This document shows positions 9,568 through 20,627 of a stretch of 30,574 nucleotides of DNA, one piece after another (position 1 is the stretch's first letter; each line of letters opens with the position of its first letter). This stretch comes from Macrostomum lignano. Its lineage: Eukaryota. A model generated the notes under the pieces. It was not told the origin of the DNA. It saw nothing but the letters and a program-made list of their open reading frames with translations, and did no database searches. The DNA is taken from the NCBI GenBank assembly GCA_002269645.1, contig NIVC01004942.1, forward strand, positions 1 through 30,574, given 5' to 3'. The position numbers and the translations under genes were made by a program.

Positions 9568-10251
9568 TGCAGACCCAAAGAAACCCATGCAGAATAGTTT
9601 GAGGTACATAATCGCTCGAAGAATCAAGTCAGGCAGCCAAGCCTCGGAGCAGATCGAGAGACAGACAGGTTTCCCTCCAGCAGCAAGATGAATCGCGCGC
9701 AAAAGAAGAAGAAGTCACCTTCGCGCTGATGGCAGCAATAAATCCGCCTGGTCGACAGGCGGCCCCACAAGCCCCGAGTGCGGGCATCTCGTAATTCTAA
9801 AAATCGGACAGGCAAACGCAGAGCAGCAGTTTTATGGCAACAGCCCGCAGTTGCAAAAGCAGCAAACTGAATCTCTACAGGCAATTTCTTCTGGCCGCAA
9901 GAAATGTTTGAATAAAGGTGAAATATGCTGGAGCTCTGACCGAGACGCAATTGTGAGCTGCTAAACTTTGCTCCAAGAGCAACCTGCTCACACTGAGAGT
10001 TTGCTCGGAGTGGGCCAGGTGGGATCTAAAAGTGCTCGCCTTCAAGTCTGCTTGGGACTTTCTCAGAGTGGGGATTCGCATTGTTCGGTCTGGGGTGGAG
10101 GGGAAGTCTGGGGAAACTCGCTGCTAGTGGAGAAGTTTTCAGCTCACTCGCTCGCTCCGGCCTCTCAGCCTTTCTCCTCTTCATTCACCTTCATTCGGGG
10201 CGTTAGGCTTGAGCTGCATGCAGTAAGTGGCTCTCCGCAGCCTCCCCACAC

Positions 10252-10507
10252 TCAGTCAGTCAGTCAGTCAGTCAGTCAGTCAGTCAGTCAGTCAGTCAGT
10301 CAGTCAGTCAGTCAGTCAGTCAGTCAGTCAGTCAGTCAGTCAGTCAGTCAGTCAGTCAGTCAGTCAGTCAGTCAGTCAGTCAGTCAGTCAGTCAGTCAGT
10401 CAGTCAGTCAGTCAGTCAGTCAGTCAGTCAGTCAGTCAGTCAGTCAGTCAGTCAGTCAGTCAGTCAGTCAGTCAGTCAGTCAGTCAGTCAGTAATTCAGT
10501 CAGTCAG
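10252..10507. repeat. (TCAG)60 perfect microsatellite plus 3 units after one interruption
   Basis: Uninterrupted from 10252 to 10491. Confidence 0.97.
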
Positions 10508-11062
10508 ATTCCCGCAGAGACTCGCAAACTGAAACCCCATACTTCTCCCTCAGTGTGACATTCGAGCAGCCCCAGAGCTCAAACCGCGCCTTAGTAACAA
10601 ACTCAACAGGGCAGCAGAGCATTTCAGCTTTCAAAGTTGGCTACAGTGGCTGGCTGCATCTGTTTCCTTTGAGCCTTCGTGGCGTATCAAAACAAAGGAG
10701 AATGGTGGAAATCATAAACCGCTACTCTTCATGGAGACTGAGAGGGATATTTGAGAGCAGCACCGATCCCTCGCATCCCTCGCCTGCAGGTCAGGCCGGC
10801 CGGACTTGATTGAAATTCCGATGCTCCCGATGCCCCCAGGTTGCGTAATCATTGATCAGCCTCAATAAACAGCCTCTGACCTCCCCAGCTTTGCAAAACT
10901 GTCACGCAAGTGAGCAGCGCAGCGGGCTCTCGCAGTTCACGACAGTGTGAGCTGACCTCCGTGATTTGATTGGCATCCTCTGCGCTGTGAATAAAGTCTA
11001 CAGTTGCTATGACGACTTCAAACACCCGAAACCCGCGCCACCGATAGCCCCTTTAACAATAA

Positions 11063-12140
11063 CCCAACAGCACACTAACAGCATCCTAACAGCACCCTAA
11101 CAGCACCCTAACAACACCCTAACAGCATCCTAACAGCACCCTAACAGCATCCTAACAGCACCCTAGCAGCACCCTAACAGCGTTATTAACAGCATCCTAA
11201 CAACACCCTAGCAGCACGCTAACAGCATCCTAACAGCACCCTAGCAGCACTCTAGCAGCACCCTAACAGCACCATAACAGCACCCTAACAGCACCCTAAC
11301 AACACCCTAGCAGCACCCTAACAACACCCTAGCAGCACCCTAACAACACCCTAGCAGCACCCTAACAGCACCCTAACAGCACCCTAACAGCACCCCAACA
11401 GCATCCTAACAGCACCCTAACAACACCCTAACAGCACCCTAACAGCGTCCCTAACAGCACCCTAACAGCACCCTAACAGCACCCTAACAGCACCCTAACA
11501 GCACCCTAACAGCACCCTAACAGCGTCCCTAACAGCACCCTAACAGCACCCTAACAGCACCCTAACAGCACCCTAACAGCACCCTAACAGCACCCTAACA
11601 GCACCCTAACAGCACCCTAACAACACCCTAACAGCACCCTAACAGCACCCTAACAGCACCCTAACAGCACCCTAACAGCACCCTAACAGCACCCTAACAG
11701 CACCCTAACAGCGTCCCTAACAGCACCCTAACAGCACCCTAACAGCACCCTAACAGCACCCTAACAGCACCCTAACAGCACCCTAACAGCACCCTAACAG
11801 CACCCTAACAGCACCCTAACAGCACCCTAACAGCACCCTAACAGCACCCTAACAGCACCCTAACAGCACCCTAACAGCGTCCCTAACAGCGTCTCTAGCA
11901 GCACCCTAACAGCACCCTAACAGCACCCTAACAGCACCCTAACAGCGTCCCTAACAGCGTCTCTAGCAGCACCCTAACAGCACCCTAACAGCACCCTAAC
12001 AGCACCCTAACAACACCCTAACAGCACCCTAACAACACCCTAACAGCACCCTAAAAACACCCTAACAGCACCCTAACAACACCCTAGCAGCACCCTAACA
12101 ACGCCCCCAACAGAACCCCAACAGCGCCCCCAGCAACACC
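11063..12140. repeat. 11-bp telomere-like minisatellite CACCCTAACAG, about 95 copies
   Basis: Each unit contains CCCTAA. Homogeneous centre, degenerate edges, 12-bp variant CGTCCCTAACAG. Confidence 0.95.
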
Positions 12141-12497
12141 CAACGGCGCCACGTCATGCAATTCCCAGCTGCTGTTAATTCACGCCATTTTCAGCATCTC
12201 TGTCGCCTCCCTTCACAAACCGGCACAGCAGATCCTCAGGCACTGCGGGCTCAGTTCTGAAACTGAGCGGCTGTTTCTCACAATTTCCTTCAGCCATCCG
12301 TGGCGATAAGAACCGCTGCCAGCAGCCACTAATCAGCCGCGATCATCCCCCACCCCCTGCAGACAGATAATTGAGTTCATCATGCCAGCAGCTGCTCCTG
12401 CCACAGATGGCACTGGGACTGAATGCTTGCTGCTGCTGCAACTGATAGACTCTGATTTGAGCTCTTCTCTGTATCTTTGGGGAGGAGAAACAGTTCG

Positions 12498-15012
12498 TCA
12501 CTGCCTATCTGATTGTGTCCTCACTGCCTATCTGAGATTGTGTCCTCACTGCCTATCTGATTGTGTCCTAACCGTCTATCTGAGATTGTGTCCTCACTGC
12601 CTATCTGATTGTGTCCTCACTGCCTATCTGATTGTGTCCTCACCGTCTATCTGAGATTGTGTCCTCCCTGCCTATCTGAGATTGTGTCCTCCCCGCCTAA
12701 CTGAGATTGTGTCCTCACTGCCTATCTGATTGTGTCCTCACTGCCTATCTGAGATTGTGTCCTCACTGCCTATCTGATTGTGTCCTCACTGCCTTTCTGA
12801 GATTGTGTCCTCACTGCCTATCTGATTGTGTTCTCACTGCCTATCTGATTGTGTCCTCACTGCCTATCTGATTGTGTTCTCACTGCCTATCTGATTGTGT
12901 TCTCACTGCCTATCTGATTGTGTCCTCACTGCCTATCTGAGATTGTGTCCTCACTGCCTATCTGATTGTGTCCTCACTGCCTATCTGAGATTGTGTCCTC
13001 ACTGCCTATCTGATTGTGTCCTCCCTGCCTATCTGAGATTGTGTCCTCACTGCCTATCTGATTGTGTCCTCACTGCCTATCTGATTGTGTCCTCCCTGCC
13101 TATCTGAGATTGTGTCCTCCCTGCCTATCTGAGATTGTGTCCTCATTGCCTATCTGATTGTGTTCTCACTGCCTATCTGAGATTGTGTCCTCACTGCCTA
13201 TCTGAGATTGTGTCCTCATTGCCTATCTGATTGTGTCCTCACTGCCTATCTGATTGTGTCCTCATTGCCTATCTGATTGTGTTCTCACTGCCTTTCTGAT
13301 TGTGTCCTCACTGCCTATCTGATTGTGTCCTCACTGCCTATCTGATTGTGTCCTCACTGCCTATCTGAGATTGTGTCCTCACTGCCTATCTGATTGTGTC
13401 CTCCCTGCCTATCTGAGATTGTGTCCTCCCCGCCTAACTGAGATTGTGTCCTCATTGCCTATCTGATTGTGTCCTCACTGCCTATCTGAGATTGTGTCCT
13501 CCCCGCCTATCTGAGATTGTGTCCTCATTGCCTATCTGATTGTGTCCTCACTGCCTATCTGATTGTGTCCTCTTTGCCTATCTGATTGTGTCCTCACTGC
13601 CTATCTGATTGTGTCCTCACTGCCTATCTGATTGTGTCCTCACTGCCTATCTGAGATTGTGTCCTCACTGCCTATCTGATTGTGTCCTCCCTGCCTATCT
13701 GAGATTGTGTCCTCCCCGCCTAACTGAGATTGTGTCCTCATTGCCTATCTGATTGTGTCCTCACTGCCTATCTGAGATTGTGTCCTCCCCGCCTATCTGA
13801 GATTGTGTCCTCATTGCCTATCTGATTGTGTCCTCACTGCCTATCTGAGATTGTGTCCTCCCCGCCTATCTGAGATTGTGTCCTCATTGCCTATCTGATT
13901 GTGTCCTCACTGCCTATCTGAGATTGTGTCCTCCCCGCCTAACCGAGATTGTGTCCTCATTGCCTATCTGATTGTGTCCTCACTGCCTATCTGATTGTGT
14001 CCTCACTGCCTATCTGATTGTGTCCTCACCGTCTATCTGAGATTGTGTCCTCACTGCCTATCTGAGATTGTGTCCTCATTGCCTATCTGATTGTGTTCTC
14101 ACTGCCTATCTGATTGTGTCCTCACTGCCTATCTGATTGTGTTCTCACTGCCTATCTGATTGTGTTCTCACTGCCTATCTGAGATTGTGTCCTCACTGCC
14201 TATCTGATTGTGTCCTCACTGCCTATCTGATTGTGTCCTCACTGCCTATCTGATTGTGTCCTCCCTGCCTATCTGAGATTGTGTCCTCCCTGCCTATCTG
14301 AGATTGTGTCCTCATTGCCTATCTGATTGTGTTCTCACTGCCTATCTGATTGTGTCCTCACTGCCTATCAGATTGTGTCCTCACTGCCTATCTGATTGTG
14401 TCCTCACTACCTATCTGAGATTGTGTCCCCACTGCCTATCTGATTGTGTCCTCACTACCTATCTGAGATTGTGTCCTCACTACCTATCTGAGATTGTGTC
14501 CCCACTGCCTATCTGATTGTGTCCTCACTACCTATCTGAGATTGTGTCCTCACTGCCTATCTGATTGTGTCCTCACTGCCTATCTGAGATTGTGTCCTCA
14601 CTGCCTATCTGAGATTGTGTCCTCACTGCCTATCTGAGATTGTGTCCTCACTGCCTATCTGAGATTGTGTCCTCACTGCCTATCTGAGATTGTGTCCTCA
14701 CTGCCTATCTGAGATTGTGTCCTCACTGCCTATCTGATTGTGTCCTCCCTGCCTATCTGATTGTCTCCTCACTGCCTATCTGAGATTGTGTCCTCACTGC
14801 TATCTGAGATTGTGTCCTCACTGCTTATCTGAGATTGTGTCCTCACTGCCTATCTGATTGTGTCCTCACTGCCTATCTGATTGTCTCCTCACTGCCTATC
14901 TGATTGTCTCCTCACTGCCTATCTGAGATTGTGTCCTCACTGCTATCTGAGATTGTGTCCTCACTGCTATCTGAGATTGTGTCCTCACTGCTTATCTGAG
15001 ATTGTGTCCTCA
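12498..15012. repeat. 23/25-bp dimorphic minisatellite (GA)GATTGTGTCCTCACTGCCTATCT, about 105 copies
   Basis: Direct reading; the 16-aa period in the ORFs equals 23 + 25 nt. Confidence 0.96.
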
Positions 15013-15309
15013 ATATCTGCGTCATAATTAACCCTATAGCATATTTTTTCACCTCAAAGTCTGCAAAAGGCCTCTCTACGTGTCCTCACTGACTTCATAA
15101 GTCGCAAAGCACAGGGCACTCTTTCGGGACAAAGTCCATCATTTATCAGGAAAGCTTCTTTTTGTGAATTTGAAATTATCTAAAATCTCACCAAGCTTTT
15201 AGACCAGAAAAATCCCTTTATCGCCCCGAGCCGCCCCTACTCAATCATTATTAAGCTGGGGACAAAAAGTTTAACGAAAGCTGTGACTGAAAAACGGTGT
15301 GATAGACTA

Positions 15310-16090
15310 TGCCATTTGATTTTAGGGTGTGCCATTTGATTTGAGGTATGTGCCATTTGATTCGAGGGGAGTGCCATTTGATTCGAGGGGTGTGCCATTT
15401 GATTTGAGGAGGGTCCCATTTGATTTTAGGGTGTGCCATTTGATTTGAGGGGTGTGCCATTTGATTTGAGGGGTGTGCCACTTGATTTGAGAGGTGTGCC
15501 ACTTGATTCGAGGGGTGTGCCATTTGATTCGAGGGGTGTGCCATTTGATTCGAGGGGTGTGCCATTTGATTCGAGGGGTGTGCCATTTGATTTGAGGGGT
15601 GTGCCATTTGATTTGAGGGGTGTGCCATTTGATTTGTGGGGTGTGCCATTTGATTCGAGGGGTGTGCCATTTGATTCGAGGGGTGTGCCATTTGATTTGA
15701 GGAGGCGCCATTTGATTTTAGGGCGTGCCATTTAATTTGAGGAGGCGCCATTTGATTTTAGGGTGTGCCATTTGATTTGAGGGGGCGCCATTTGATTTGA
15801 GGAGGCGCCATTTGATTTTAGGGTGTGCCATTTGATTCGAGGGGTGTGCCATTTGATTTGAGGAGGCGCCATTTGATTTGAGGGTGTGCCATTTAATTTG
15901 AGGAGGCGCCATTTGATTTTAGGGTGTGCCATTTGATTTGAGGGGGCGCCATTTGATTTGAGGAGGCGCCATTTGATTTTAGGGTGTGCCATTTGATTCG
16001 AGGGGTGTGCCATTTGATTTGAGGAGGCGCCATTTAATTTTAGGGTGTGCCATTTGATTTGAGGGGGCGCCATTTGATTTGAGGGGGCGC
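15310..16090. repeat. 20/21-bp minisatellite GTGTGCCATTTGATT(C/T)GAGGG and GGCGCCATTTGATTT variants, about 38 copies
   Basis: Direct reading; 7-aa period (MAHPSNQ) on the minus strand. Confidence 0.95.
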
Positions 16091-16805
16091 CACACTACTG
16101 CAAGGGGCGCCATTTAATTTTGCCAGCCGGCTGGAGGGACAGCCCCCACTGCCCCCCCCCTGGCTACGTCTTCACTGAGCCTCATCTGCCTCATCAACAG
16201 TGTGACGGGGCCCAGCCTCATCACCCAGCCAAGCCACCATGCGGAACAGACTGGAGGGGACTCAAAAATCTCTCGAACTGAATTCTCCCGTGGGGATTCG
16301 CATGCGGCTGCAAATTCGCGAATCTGGGCGGCGCCATAGACAAAAATTAGCGCTCGGGTTCCCCTCTGCCCCCCCCCCTAAGCGATGACGCAACAGCAAC
16401 CGGCTCGTTTGTGGCAGCCGACTATCCCTCAATTTAGGGATTTTCATCCCAGCCGCATCGATTTTTATCTGCGGCCCCCGGCTTCCTCTCAATTCGCTTC
16501 AGAGATTCTTTTAAACGGCGTGATTTGGTCGGCAGCTCCCTGGCTGGGCCCTCGAGGCGGACAGAGCGTGCCGAGGACCGGAGAAAGCAGCGTCGGGCGT
16601 CGTGCCCAGCTGCCCGCCATTGTTCTCGTTCAGCCAGGCGGGGGAGGAGGCTGGTGGCCCAATTTCCAAAATAAAAACTTCGCAGAGCGCGCGGCGGAGA
16701 GAAAAAAGGCGGAACAGAAAGGTGGAGACTTGTTCGATAGTGGCCGATTTTTGAGCTCCCTCAGTTTGATTTGCCAACAGTTTAACTCGGCATTGAGTTA
16801 ATGAG

Positions 16806-16850
16806 CTGCCGTCTGCTGCCGTCTGCTGCCGTCTGCTGCCGTCTGCTGCC
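16806..16850. repeat. 10-bp repeat CTGCCGTCTG, about 4.5 copies
   Basis: Direct reading. Confidence 0.9.
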
Positions 16851-16884
16851 TCTCAGTTCAGACGGACTGCCTTGCCTCCTGCTG

Positions 16885-17360
16885 CCCCCTCTCTTCTCTC
16901 ACCTCTCCTCTCTCTCTCTTGCCTCTCTCCCTCTCTGCCCTCTCCCCCTCCCCTCTCTCCCCTCTCTTCCCGCTCTCCCCTCTCTCTCCTCTCTCCCCTC
17001 TCTTTCCGCTCTCCCCTTTCTCCCTCTCTCCCTCTCTCCCCTCTCTCCCCTCTCTCCCTCTCTCGCCTCTCTCCCTCTCTCCCTCTCTCCCCTCTCTCCC
17101 CTCTCTCCCCTCTCTCCCTCTCTCCCTCTCTCCCCTCTCTCCCTCTCTCCCCTCTCTCCCTCTCTCCCCTCTCTCCCCTCTCTCCCCTCTCTCCCCTCTC
17201 TCCCTCTCTCCCCTCTCTCCCTCTCTCCCCTCTCTTCCCTCTCTCCCCTCTCTTCCCTCTCTCCCTCTCTTCCCTCTCTCCCCTCTCTTCCCTCTCTCCC
17301 CTCTCTTCCCTCTCTCCCCTCTCTTCCCTCTCTCCCCTCTCTTCCCTCTCTCCCATCTCT
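16885..17360. repeat. CT-only low-complexity array (CTCTCTCCC and CTCTCTCCCC type units)
   Basis: About 470 nt, almost purely pyrimidine on the + strand. Confidence 0.95.
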
Positions 17361-18665
17361 GGTCCAACTGGTTGCATATTAAAAGATATGAGAGCTTCAT
17401 CATGATATCATACTGAGAGCTGTCATATCGTCTGACCAAATGAATTGTCAAATCCAGTGCTCGCCAATCAAACTGCGCTGTCATGTCATGCTCGCTTAAT
17501 CAGGCACCTCCCTGTCTTCCTATCTCCTATCTATCCATTATTTCCCAGCTCGAACCCCCAAGCCGTAATGCCTGGGTCATTAGTCAGTTTATCGCAGGTG
17601 AATTGTCTGGTTATGAATTATAAATTGCAAGATGGCATTGATGGGGCCCTTCGAACCCAGCCTTCAGCAGCGAATATCCAGCTCTCGGGTTCGGGAATGC
17701 CAAACCTCCCCCCCCCCACATTGCCGTCATGGCCCGGGGCAGACAAAGCTTTTTTTAACAAAATAATTTGGGGAAAAAGTTACCCGCCAACGACTTTATT
17801 TATCTCTTCCCTTGAAAGCGTTGCGTGCCGCCGGCCTTGGGTAGGCGAGGAGCCTCTTTGTCACCCCCCCCCCCCCAGTGAGTCACCGCACAGCAGCTGC
17901 TGCAGAGAGTTGAAAACAGCAAAAACAACAAAAAACTTGTCCCCTCGCTTGTCGCGACGAATTCAATTGACGAAACCTTCCTGTGTTGGCACCTGCAGAT
18001 GCGGTCTGGACTGGGAATCTAATCCCCAAATTTGATCTCCCAGCAAAGCGCCGCATGTTTGACAGGCCGTGAGAAGTCGGCCGCCACATCCGGCGTGGAC
18101 TGCCGCCCACTTCAGCTCATTGTGACACAGCACTAGCAGCAATCACTTCGCAAATATGATGGCATTGCTATGGTGGACACGGCATGCCTGGTCGCACTGG
18201 TCTGTCAGTTAGGGCGAGCGGTCAGGCTGAGTGACATGAGAGGGGGGGGTGGCAGCCCATCATCAGGCAGCGCCAAGCTCCCAGCTCCGAGACGTCCTCT
18301 CGATGACAAACGCAAAACCACTCTGGCAATCTCCCCGCTGCTGCACAGCTCGATTCTCATTGGCTGGCCTTTGTTGGCCAATCAGGCTTGGCTGAGAGAT
18401 TTTTAAAACTGTGGTTATGGGATGGGAGACAGACAGACGGACTGAAAGGGACAGGCAGGGCGTTGAAAGGCCAGCAACTGCAGTGCATTCTCAATCCACC
18501 TGCTGCGAAATCTCCAAAGCGGTGAGTGGCTTTTCTTCAATTTTGCTTCTTTCTGTTCCATAAGACGCAAATTTCCCCAAGGCCCTCTGCTGCTGCTGCT
18601 GCCAATGCAATTTTAATCAGGCAGGCAAGGCTCGGGAGTACCAGGTGGGCGAGACCGGTTGCGTG

Positions 18666-19326
18666 ACATCCGGGTAGTGAGCAGTGTACCTGAGCAGTGT
18701 GCTATATCCGGGTTATTGAGCAGTGTACCTGAGCAGTGTGCTATATCCGGGTTATTGAGCAGTGTACCTGAGCAGTGTGCAACATCCGGGTAGTGAGCAG
18801 TGTACCTGAGCAGTGTACCTGAGCAGTGTGCTATATCCGGGTTATTGAGCAGTGTACCTGAGCAGTGTGCCACATCCGGGTAGTGAGCAGTGTACCTGAG
18901 CAGTGTGCTACATCCGGGTAGTGAGCAATGTGCCTGAGCAGTGTGCTACATCCGGGTAGTGAGCAGTGTACCTGAGCAGTGTGCTACATCCGGGTAGTGA
19001 GCAGTGTACCTGAGCAGTGTGCTACATCCGGGTAGTGAGCAGTGTACCTGAGCAGTGTGCTACATCCGGGTAGTGAGCAGTGTACCTGAGCAGTGTGCTA
19101 CATCCGGGTAGTGAGCAGTGTACCTGAGCAGTGTGCTACATCCGGGTAGTGAGCAGTGTACCTGAGCAGTGTGCTACATCCGGGTAGTGAGCAGTGTACC
19201 TGAGCAGTGTGCTACATCCGGGTAGTGAGCAGTGTACCTGAGCAGTGTGCTACATCCGGGTAGTGAGCAGTGGACCTGAGCAGTGTGCTACATCCGGGTA
19301 GTGAGCAGTGGACCTGAGCAGTGTGT
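18666..19326. repeat. 38-bp minisatellite ACATCCGGGTAGTGAGCAGTGTACCTGAGCAGTGTGCT, about 17 copies
   Basis: Direct reading; each unit has two internal TGAGCAGTGT subrepeats. Confidence 0.95.
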
Positions 19327-19707
19327 TCATCTAATCACGTGAAGATTTTTCCTAGAAATCATTGGGAACTCGCTAAATTAATTCTGAGGCCACGGTCTGA
19401 ACCATTCAAAAGTTTAAGGCGGAGAAATCTAGCGATTGAGAAGTCTAAAATGATGAAGAAGGATTCTACGAATTCCCTTTCAACATGAGAGAAATCGAAC
19501 TTGAAGGCCAATAATTCTGCCATCCATGCCAGCGCCATCGCCCAAACTCCCTGCTCCTTTCTCCGCTCCCGCATCTGGGAAAAGTTCTCATTATTGGGCC
19601 TGTCATGTTCCTCACACGCGGCTTGTGCGAGAGTTGGGGGAGCAAGGGGAGTGGAAAGAGTATGGGCAATAGCAAGATTAAAGAAGGCAAAAGAAGAAGG
19701 GAGTGAC

Positions 19708-20302
19708 GGATAGAGATAGGGATAGAGACAGAGAGAAAATGGCGAGAGACAGGGAAGATAGGGACAGAGACAGGGAGAGAGACAGGGGAGACAGAGAGAG
19801 AGAGACAGGGAGAGACAGGGAGAGACAGTGAGAGAGACAGGGAGAGACAGTAAGAGGGACAGAGAGAGACAGAGAGAGAGAGAGAGACAGGGAGAGACAG
19901 GGAGAGAGACAGGGAGAGAGACAGGGAGAGAGACAGGGAGAGAGAGACAGGGAGAGAAAGAGAGACAGGGAGAGAGAGAGACAGTGAGAGAGACAGGGAG
20001 AGAGACAGGGAGAGAGACAGGGAGAGAGACAGGGAGAGAGACAGGGAGAGAGACAGGGAGAGAGACAGAGAGAGAGACAGGGGAGACAGAGAGAGACAGA
20101 GAGAGACAGAGAGAGACAGGGAGAGACAGAGAGACAGGAGAGAGAGAGACAGGGAGAGAGACAGGAGAGAGAGAGACAGGGAGAGAGAGACAGGGAGAGA
20201 GAGACAGGGAGAGAGAGACAGGGAGAGAGAGACAGGGAGAGAGACAGGGAGAGAGACAGGGAGAGAGAGACAGGGAGAGAGACAGAGAGAAAAGCAGGGA
20301 GA
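19708..20302. repeat. GA-rich array (GGGAGAGAGACA type 10-14-bp units)
   Basis: About 600 nt, purine-dominated on the + strand. Confidence 0.95.
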
Positions 20303-20304
20303 GT

Positions 20305-20627
20305 GAGAACAGTGCCAATAAGAATCAGTTACACAACCTGAAAGAGAACTGAACAGTGCCAATAAGAATCAGTTACACAACCTGAAAGAGAACTGAGTAG
20401 TGCCAATAAGAATCAGTTACACAACCTGAAAGAGAACTGAGTAGTGCCAATAAGAATCAGTTACACAACCTGAAAGAGAACTGAGCAGTGCCAATAAGAA
20501 TCAGTTACACAACCTGAAAGAGAACTGAGTAGTGCCAATAAGAATCAGTTACACAACCTGAAAGAGAACTGAGTAGTGCCAATAAGAATCAGTTACACAA
20601 CCTGAAAGAGAACTGAGCAGTGCCATA
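20305..20627. repeat. 44-bp minisatellite AGTGCCAATAAGAATCAGTTACACAACCTGAAAGAGAACTGAG(T/C), 7 copies plus a partial
   Basis: Units start at 20311, 20355, 20399, 20443, 20487, 20531 and 20575; no spacers. Confidence 0.95.

Noticed and set aside
11063-12140. True telomere or chromosome end
   Set aside because: No pure (TTAGGG)n tract, and it is internal to an intron with coding exons on both sides.
1713-20627. CRISPR interpretation of the 29-, 33-, 38- and 44-bp palindromic repeats (the 33-mer even has TCTAC...GTAGAT like Cas12a repeats)
   Set aside because: Units are head-to-tail with no unique spacers, lie in spliceosomal introns, and no cas-like ORF is present.
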